A stretch of DNA of 64,000 bases from Eimeria praecox (taxonomy: Eukaryota), in the NCBI GenBank assembly GCA_963920595.1, contig OY986950.1, positions 3,782,001 through 3,846,000 of the forward strand, written 5' to 3'. The position numbers and the translations under genes were made by a program. This document shows, one piece after another, positions 48,847-64,000 of this stretch (positions within the stretch are counted from its first letter, which is position 1; each line of letters begins with the position of its first letter). Under the pieces are notes generated by a model. It ran no database searches and was not told the origin of the DNA. It saw nothing but the letters and a program-made list of their open reading frames with translations.

Positions 48847-49701
48847 CGCAGGAGGAGCAGCAGCAGGAGATTCAGCAGATGCTGCTGCAGAAGTTGCAGA
48901 AGAAGCAGCAGCAGGAGCAGCAGCAGGAGCTGCAGCAGCAGCAGCTGCTGCTGCTGCAGCAGCTGCAGCAGCTGCTGCAGTGTGGGGCCCCACAGGAGGA
49001 GATGCAGCAGCAGCAGCAGTCGCTGCGAGTTCTTCAAAGAGAGACGGGCCCGTGTGTTGTTGGGGGATGAGTGCTGCAGCATGATAGGTTTGGGGTGTCT
49101 CCTGTGCTGCAGCAGCTGTCTCCTTTTGATTTGGAGACAGTGTATTTGCTGCTGCTGCTGCTCCTGCTGCTGCTGCTGCAGCAGCAGCAGCAGCAGGAGC
49201 AGCAGCAGAGTCTATATTGTGTTTGGGGCTTTCATGTTTTGAACATACAAAATGCATGCAATGCCAACGATGAGAAGGAGAAGGAGAGGAGACAGAAGAA
49301 GAGAAAGAAGAGACACCAGGAGATATAAATATTTTATTTGATTGTAGTGAATCTAAAGACAGAGAAGCTCGAAGACTATTCCTAACAACACTTCTGTAAC
49401 GGAGACAGGGTCTAGTGTCTCCTCCTCCTCCTCCTCCTCCTCCTGCTGCTGCTGCTGCTGCAGCAGCAGCAGCAGCAGCAGCGGGAGAACGTTTAGATGA
49501 AGGGCTGTCTCCTTTGGTAGCAGCACTAATAGACATCGAGGAGACACCTCGCAATACACTCCAGCCTCCTCTATACACCTCAGAGCTTCTAGAACATGGA
49601 GAGACACCGCAGCTAGCCCCTGTCTCCTCTCGCCACGATACAACCCCGGACGATGGTGTCCCCTCCTCTCCTTGCATCTGCAGCAACAGCAGCACCAGCA
49701 A

Positions 49702-49733
<32 letters not shown>

Positions 49734-50412
49734 GCAGGAACAACAATAGATGAGATAGCAGCACCACTAGTCGAAGAAACAGCAAAAGGAGACACTAAAC
49801 ACATATTTAGAGACAGAGACAGAGAGAGAGAGGGAGAGAGAAGACAAGAGCGTAGCCGAGTGTATCTTCATCTATCTCTGTCTCTGTCTCCATCGCTGTC
49901 TACTTTGTCTCTATTTCTATCTCTATCTCTATCTCTACTTCTATCTCTATTTCTATCTCTATCTCTGTCTCCTCTGTCTCCTCTGTCTCTGTCTCTGTCT
50001 CTGTCTCCGTCTCATCTCTCTCTCTCTCTCTGTCTCTTCTCTCTCTCTTTCTCCATCTCTCTGTCTCTGTCTCTGTCCGTATCTCTGTGTCTGTCTATCT
50101 CCTCTATATCTGTCTCCTCTATCTCTGTCTCCTCTATCTCTGTCTCCTCTATCTCTGTCTCCTCTATCTCTGTCTCCTCTATCTCTGTCTCCTCTATCTC
50201 TTTCTCCTCTGTCAATGTCTCTATCTCTCTCTCCTCTCTCTCGGTCTCCTCTGTCTCTGTCTCCTCTGTCTCTGTCTCCTCTGTCTCTGTCTCCTTTTAA
50301 TATTTTGTTGTATTTTTATCTCTCACCCTCTGTTGCGCAGCAGCTGAGAGTTTGGAGACAGTCTGCTTTGTCTGGACGAGCTGAAGAAGAGACAGACAGA
50401 CAGACACAGACA

Positions 50413-50449
<37 letters not shown>

Positions 50450-53189
50450 ATTATGGTGTCTCCTCTTGTCTCTTCCTGTCTAATATGGACTTGTCTGATG
50501 CTAGCTAATGCTGTGTAATGTAAGGCTGTCTCCTTCTATCTCTCTCTGTCTCCTTCTATCTCTCTCTATCTCCTTCTATCTCTTTCTGTCTCTTTCTCTC
50601 TCCTCTATCTTCGCTCTTTCTCTCTCCTCAATCTCTCCTCAATCCCTTTCTGTCTCCTTCTATATCCGTCTCCTATCTATCTATCTATCTATCTCCTTCT
50701 ATCTCTTTCTATCTCTATCTATCTCTATCTCTATCTCTGTCTCTATCTCTATCTCTATCTCTATCTCTATCTCTATCTCTATCTCTATCTCTATCTCTAT
50801 CTCTATCTCTCTCTATCTATCTATCTATCTCTATCTCTATCTCTATCTCTATCTCTATCTATCTCTATCTCTATCTATCTCTATCTCTATCCCTCTGTCT
50901 CCTTTCTATATGTGTCTCCTCAGGTGTCTCCTGACCTCTTCACAAGTTGTTTTTAATTTTTGTTTAAGTGTATAAATTAAATCTTTATTTTTATTTATTT
51001 CTTCATCTTTCTCTCTTAATGATTTAATAAACAAATCAAATTTATTTCGTAATCTTCCTAATTCATGTTGGAGTTGTTGTACTTGACTATGACTAGCATA
51101 AAACTTGACCTGATAGTTCTGTACACACAAACACCATACCATAAACCCTAAACCCTAAACCCTAAACCCTAAACCCTAAACCCTAAACCCTAAACCCTAA
51201 ACCCTAAACAGTAAACCCTAAACCCTAACCCCCAGCCCTAAACAGTAAACTCTAAACCGTAAACCGTAAACCCTAAACCCTAAACAGCAAACCCTAAACC
51301 CTAACCCTCCACCACAAACAGTAAACCCTAAACCGTAGACCCTAAACCCTAAACCCTAAACGCTAAACCCTAAACCCTAAACCCTAAACCCTAAGCAGTA
51401 AACCCTAAACCGTAAACAGTAAACCCTAAACCATAAACCATAAACCCGTAGCCCGTAATCCTAAGCGCTACACCGTAAGCCCTAAACTAAAACGCTAAAC
51501 CCTAAACCCTAAGCATAAACCCTAAATCTGAACATATAAACACCATATAAACCCTACAAAACCTATAAACCCTATAAACCCTAAACCCTATAAACCCTAA
51601 ACCCTAAACAATAAACATCTTCGATTGCAAGGAGGCAAACATGAGTTGCATGCACTTCTACTGGCAGTGAGCTAGTAAATTGTTTAGGGTTTAGGGTTTA
51701 GGGTTTAGGGTTTAGGGCTGTTGGGAGTTGAGTATGGATGAAGACAGGAGAGAGCAGAAAGGAGACAGTTGAAGGAGACAAAGGAGACAGTTAAAGGAGA
51801 CAGACGAAAGAGACAGACGAAAGAGACAGACAGAAGAGACAGACAAAAGAGGCAGTTCAAGGAGACAGATAAAGGAGACAGTTGAAGGAGACAGAAGAGA
51901 CAGATAAAGGAGACAGTTGAAGGAGACAGACAAAGGGGACAGACACAGGAGACAGACAAAAGACACAGAGAAAGGAGACAGTTGAAGGAGACAGACGAAA
52001 GAGACAGGCAAAGGAAGAAGACAAGAGACAGGCGAAGGAGACAGACAAAGGAGAGAGACAAAGGAGAGAGACAAAGGAGACAGACAAAGGAGACAGTTGA
52101 GGGAAACAGAAAAGGATACAGTTGAAGGAGACAGTCGAAGGAGACAGGCAAAGGAGACAGAATAGGGAGGCACACAAAGGAGACAGGCAAATGAGACAGA
52201 CAAAGGAGACAGTTGAGGGAGACAGACAAAGGAGACAGACACAGGAGACAGACAAAGGAGACAGATAAAGGAGACAGTTGAGGGGGACAGACAAAGGAGG
52301 CAATTGAAGGAGGCAGACAAAGGAGACAGACAAAGGAGACAGACAAAGGAGACAGACACAGGAGACAGACGAAGGAGACAGTTGACGGAGACAGACAAAG
52401 GAGACAGTTGACGGAGACAGACAAAGGAGACAGACACAGGAGACAGACAAAGGAGACAGACAAAGGAGACAGACACAGGAGACAGACAGAGGAGACAGTT
52501 GAAGGAGACAGACAGACCTTATAACTAAATAGCTGCTGGAGCTGAGCCTCAGCACTTAAACATTTTTGTTTAGTTAGGCTAAGCTCTTCGAGTAAGCCTT
52601 CGTTCTCTGACAGCTGAACCATTAACACACAAAATAAAAATATAATTAAATTAAATTAAATTAAATTAAATTTAATTAAATTAAATTAAATTAAATTAAA
52701 TTAAATTAAATTAAATTAAATTAAATTAAATTAAATTAAATTACAATTAAAATTAAATTAAATAAAAATTAAATTAAATTAAATTAGTATAAAGTTTGTG
52801 AAATAATTAAAAATAATAAAAAGAAACAAACAAAGTAAATGTATAAGAGACAGAAAATATAAAAAAATAAAAAAGAGACAAATCAAACAAAACAAACAAA
52901 AAAATATAAAAAATAATCTACAACAAAAAACACAGACAAAAACAAACAAACAAAGACAATAATAGTAAAAAAGAGAAAAAGGAGACAGAAACAAATTAAA
53001 TAAATTAAAATAAAACAAACAAAACAAACAAAACAAACAAAACAAACAAAACAAACAAAACAAACAAAACAAACAAAACGAAGAAATAATTAAAGAACAA
53101 AGAAAGAAGAAAAACAAAAATTATACAAGAAAAGACATAAGAGACACTACCACTCTGCTGTTGCTGCTGCTGCTGTTGCTGTTGCTTTT

Positions 53190-53239
<50 letters not shown>

Positions 53240-53373
53240 GGTTGAACCCACCAGCCTCTCGTTTTCCTCTAAGGCGGAGTTTAGCTGCTGCTTCTGACGA
53301 GCCGCTGCGGCGCTCCATCTGTGGCTCTGCGCAGCAGCAGCAGCAACAACAGCAGCAACAGCAGCAGCAGCAA

Positions 53374-53405
<32 letters not shown>

Positions 53406-54277
53406 GCAGCAACAGCAACAGCAGCAGAAGAAGAATGCATGCGTCTGTGTCTTTTGTGTCTGAGGTTTTCGTCTGTATGGGTTTTAGAGGAGAGACAGTT
53501 TGAGTGTACGCGGGTTTGTCTCCTTTAGAGAAAAAGGAGACAGACACCAGAAAAAGGAGACAGACACCAGAAAAGGAGACAGACACCAGAAAAGGAGACA
53601 GACACCAGAAAAGGGGACAGACACCAGAAAAGAGGACAGACAGTATAAGAAAGGAGACAGACAGTATAATAAAGGAGACAGACAGTATAAGAAAGGAGAC
53701 AGACAGTATAAGAAAGGAGACAGACAGTATAAGAAAGGAGACAGACAGTATAATAAAGGAGACAGACAGTATAAGAAAGGAGACAGACAGTATAAGAAAG
53801 GAGACAGAGACAGACAGTATAATAAGGGAGACAGACAGTATAATAAAGGAGACAGACAGTATAATAAAGGAGACAGGCAGTATAAGAAAGGAGACAGACA
53901 GTGTAATAAAGGAGACAGACGACAGTATAATAAAGGAGACAGACAGTATAAGAAAGGAGACAGACAGTATAATAAAGGAGACAGACAGTATAAGAAAGGA
54001 GACAGACAGTATAATAAAGGAGACAGACAGTATAATAAAGGAGACAGACAGTATAATAAAGGAGACAGACAGTATACGTACCTGAGCGGCAGCAAGAGCA
54101 GCATCTTCAATAAGTTTTTCTATATACTGATAGATATATTCTAAGGTGGGGGAATATCTATATGTTATGGATGCGGTGTCTCCTGTATAACTGTCTTTTC
54201 TATTAGCTGTATATACACCCCGTGGAGACAGGGGAGAGAAGGGGGGTCTCCTTCGAGGAGACAGGCCTGTTGTTTGT

Positions 54278-54309
<32 letters not shown>

Positions 54310-55106
54310 CTGTCGTAGACGAAGAGACAGACGACGCAGTTTATATACAACTCGCTCGCTCAGGGTTTTATTATTATAACTGTCTCCTCCCTCAGCACTA
54401 TCTGAAGCAGAGGCGGAGCACCAATCCTCTCCTCTATTTATACTGTCTCCTCTATTTATACTGTCTCCTCTATCTAAACTGTCTTCTCTATTTATACTGT
54501 CTCCTCTATTTATACTGTCTCCTCTATCTAAACTGTCTCCTCTATATAAACTGTCTCCTCTATATAAACTGTCTCCTCTATATAAACTGTCTCCTCCTTG
54601 AATATATTTATTTGCCTGTGTTACATCCAAGCTGTCTCCTTTATTAGGAGACTCAACACTCTCCCCAAAGTACCCAGGGGCCCCCCTAACCCCAAGGGGC
54701 CCCCCGCTATCAGGGGCCCCCACCCCCCCAGGGGGCCCCCCATTTTCAGGGGCCCCCATTCCCGCAGGGGCCCCCATTCCCGCAGGGGCCCCCCTCTCCC
54801 CTGGACCCTCAGGGGGCCCCCCCTCCCCAGGACCCTCAGGGCCCCCCCACCCCGTGGGGGGCCCCCTCTCCTCGGGGGCGCCCCCCTCCATGGGGGCCCC
54901 CCCTTCCCCAGGGGGTTCAGGGCCCCCCATCTCCTTCAGAGTGTCAGGGGCCCCTCTATTATTATGGGGCCCCCTCTTTCCTTGGGGTACCTGGGGGGGC
55001 CCCCTCTCTTCAAAGGCTGTTGAGGGATTGTTTATCTTCTCCCTTTGTTTGCTTGAGATCTGCAGTTTTACGTTGCTGTTGCTGCTGTTGCTGCTGTTGC
55101 TGCTGT

Positions 55107-55138
<32 letters not shown>

Positions 55139-55254
55139 CAGCTGGGGCCCCTAGGGGCCCCCATATTGAGGCGACAGTGTCGAGAGGATATAAACCCTTG
55201 AGGAGTATGAGGCCCCTGACAGTACTGAATCTGTTCGAGGATTTCTTCTTGCAT
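48244..55254 (-). CDS. Hypothetical protein with G/P-rich N-terminal region and central coiled coil. Exons ~55254-54082/54078, ~53472-53252, 52613-52518, 51118-50936, 50380-50327, 49677-48244
   Basis: The last four exons have clean GT-AG phase-0 boundaries (96, 183, 54, 1434 nt). Heptad-like peptides QKQQLNSALEENERL-LSENEGLLEELSLTKQK..VQQLQHELGRLRNKFDLFIKSLREKDEEI. Start and exon 1/2 junction uncertain; no family recognised. Confidence 0.7.
51142..51717. repeat. Inverted telomere-like arrays in one intron: (AAACCCT)n ~51142-51608 and (AGGGTTT)n ~51683-51717 on +
   Basis: Direct reading; intron 52517-51119 of the minus-strand gene. Confidence 0.92.
51745..54075 (-). repeat. Intronic GGAGACAG arrays (~51745-52515; 21 bp GGAGACAGACAGTATAA(T/G)AAA at ~53640-54075) plus (AAATT)n ~52645-52785
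   Basis: Direct reading; interrupted by exons 52613-52518 and ~53472-53252. Confidence 0.9.
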
Positions 55255-55920
55255 TTTAAATAATAAATTAGAGTAAATAATAATAAATAAATTAATAACA
55301 AGAGCAAGAAGATTTACAAGGAGATTCGCTGTAGCCTCACCATTGTTATAAACACTATAACACTTCCTCGAGAGGCAATGGGGGAGGATATGAGGGGTAT
55401 ATATATGTTGTTTTTTGTATTTTTAATGTTAATAATGAATAAAATATAAATAAAATATATAAAATAATATTAAAAACAACAAATATACATCACAAACATA
55501 CAAATAAAACCTACTCGACAGAGTGCGCGCCCTATCGGCGGTGGCTCGCCATAGACAGCCCATTGGTTATATACTTATGTTTGTTGTTTTTTCGGGTATA
55601 TCCTCAGCTAATTATATTTTAAATTTATTTTATTTTTAATATAAATACATTTAAATTAAATAAAATAATAAATTAAACCTGTACATACACTCGAAAATGC
55701 TGCAGCAGCAGCCGCAGCCGACACCGCCAACGCTCCCTATACACCCGAAGCCCGGGCTCCCCCCCCCCCTCACTATTTTAGATAAATTATAAACAATTAT
55801 ATTTGCTTTTGTAGTATTTAAAGATATATAAACAAAGAGAGAGAGTCAAAGCCCCCAAGTATATCCTCGTGTCCTCTGTAGGCAAGCAGCAGCAGTAGAA
55901 AGAGCAGCAGCAGTAGCAAT

Positions 55921-55956
<36 letters not shown>

Positions 55957-56072
55957 TGCTGCAGCTGCAGCAGAAGCAACAGCAGCAGCAGCAGCAGCAT
56001 GCATGCACTGTCCCTTAAGCCTCCAGCACTCATTTGGCCTCAGTGCTCGTTAAGGCGTTGCCTCCCTATCTT

Positions 56073-56105
<33 letters not shown>

Positions 56106-56159
56106 CTGCTGCTGCTGCTACTGCTGCTACTGCTGCTGCTACTGCTGGTGCTGCTCCTA

Positions 56160-56191
<32 letters not shown>

Positions 56192-56397
56192 GCTGCTGCT
56201 ACTGCTGCTACTGCTGCTACTGCTGCTGCTGCTGCTTCATCCCCTCCACCGCATATCAGCAGCAGCAGCAGACGACAGCAGCTACGAGGAGAAGAAGAGA
56301 AACAAAAGAAAATAGATAATATCGACAGTATACACTACAGGACACAATCTTCCTTATTGTTAGATATTAACGTCCTTCAAAACCAAATCCTTACACA

Positions 56398-56429
<32 letters not shown>

Positions 56430-57710
56430 AGCAGCAGCAGCAGCAGCAGCAGCAGCACCTGTAGCAGCAGCGCGCCTCAACACTAGCAGCTGCATGTTCA
56501 GTATTAGGAAGGAGACAGACCCGCCGAGAGGACACAACGTAACAAAGGAGACAGTATAAACACAGCTGCCTCTCCCTTTCTAGCTAGCTAGCTAGATAGC
56601 TAGCTAGCTAGCTAGCTAGCTAGCTAGCTAGATAGATAGATAGATAGCTAGATAGATAGATAGCAGCTGCAGTGTTCTACCTCCTTAGCTAGCCAGCGCT
56701 CCAGCAGAGTTAACTATCTCCACAGCTAGCTGTAGCTAGCAATAGCCAGCTGTAGCTAGCTGTAGCTAGCTACAGCTAGCTGTAGCTATCTCTACACACA
56801 GCGGCATATAGTAGAGAGAGAGGGAGGAAGAAGAAGGCTCTCTAAGTGCTTCTTTAGTTATTTGTCTGTCTCTGTTTGATTCTGTCTGTCTCTGTCTCTA
56901 TCTACATCTGCATTATCTGTCTGTCTCCTTTTCTATCTCTGTCTCTTCTTCTCTATCTTCCTCTGTCTCTTCTTCTGTCTCTGTTTATTTCTCTCTCTTC
57001 TTGAACGTACGAATATCTTTCGTAGGCCCAGGGGCCGTTGAGCTGCGTTGTGTGGGGCCTGCTGCTGCTGCTGCAGCAGCAGCAGCAGCAGCTGCTGCAG
57101 CAGCAGCAGCAGCAGCTGCTGCAGCAGCAGCAGCTGCAGCAGCAGCTGCAGCAGGAAAACTGTGGCGTTTCCTGCTGCTGCTGCTGCAGCAGCAAAGCTG
57201 CAGTGGGGTCCCCTGCTGCTGCTAGAGCAGCAAAAATCTGCACCTCCCTGTTGCTGCTGCTGCAGCAAAGCTGTAGTAATGGGGTCCCCCGCTGCAGCAG
57301 CAGCAGCAGCAGCAGCAGCTGCTGCTGCTGCTGCAGGTGTGGCCCTTCCTGCTGCATCATCAGCAGCAAAAAAACCTGTGTGGGTCTGCTGTTTGTACAC
57401 AAGCAGCACCCCTTATAGAACGGTGCTGCTGCCATTGCTGCAGCAGCAGCACTGCTGCTGCCATTGCAGCAGCAGCAGCTGCAGCAACAGCAGCAGCAGC
57501 AACAGCAGCAACAGCATGCTGATCCTGCGCAGCAAGAAGACAGCGTTTGAATCGCTGTTTCTGCCGCATCATCATCTGCTGTGTCTATTTCCTCTTCCTC
57601 TCTCTCTCTCTCTTGCTGCTGCTGCTGCTGCTGCTGCTGCTACTGCTCCTACTGCAGCATCAGCATCAGCAGGAGCAACAGGAGCAGCAGCAGGCTACCC
57701 CTGTCTGTCC

Positions 57711-64000
<6,290 letters not shown>

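Noticed and set aside
55787..57700. Possible extra small gene between the coiled-coil and ABCG genes
   Set aside because: Only low-complexity ORFs with no coherent exon chain; more likely promoter and 3' UTR.

Overview
Eukaryotic, intron-rich, extremely repeat-dense DNA with the signature of an Eimeria-type coccidian (Apicomplexa) repeat-rich segment: CAG/CTG trinucleotide tracts giving poly-A/Q/S in proteins, interstitial telomere-like AAACCCT heptamers, TGCATGCA octamers, (TA)n/(GA)n and CTGTCTCC-core minisatellites. The species cannot be fixed from sequence alone. Most ORF-track entries are repeat artefacts. Manual GT-AG, phase-consistent splicing gives six genes: a low-complexity hypothetical protein (-), an 11-exon NifS/selenocysteine-lyase-like PLP enzyme (+), a probably secreted histidine-phosphatase/PGM-fold protein with a degenerate active site (+), THO complex subunit 2 (~21 exons, +), a coiled-coil hypothetical protein (-) and the 3' part of an ABCG transporter (-). 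No RNA genes, CRISPR arrays or autonomous mobile elements were recognised, and I see no clear-cut new multi-gene system. The most interesting signals are the orientation of repeat families relative to splice sites and transcription, degenerate 'echo' copies of exon ends in nearby non-coding DNA, a recurrent 14-16 bp palindrome, the two atypical enzymes and several single-base frame breaks that may be assembly errors.
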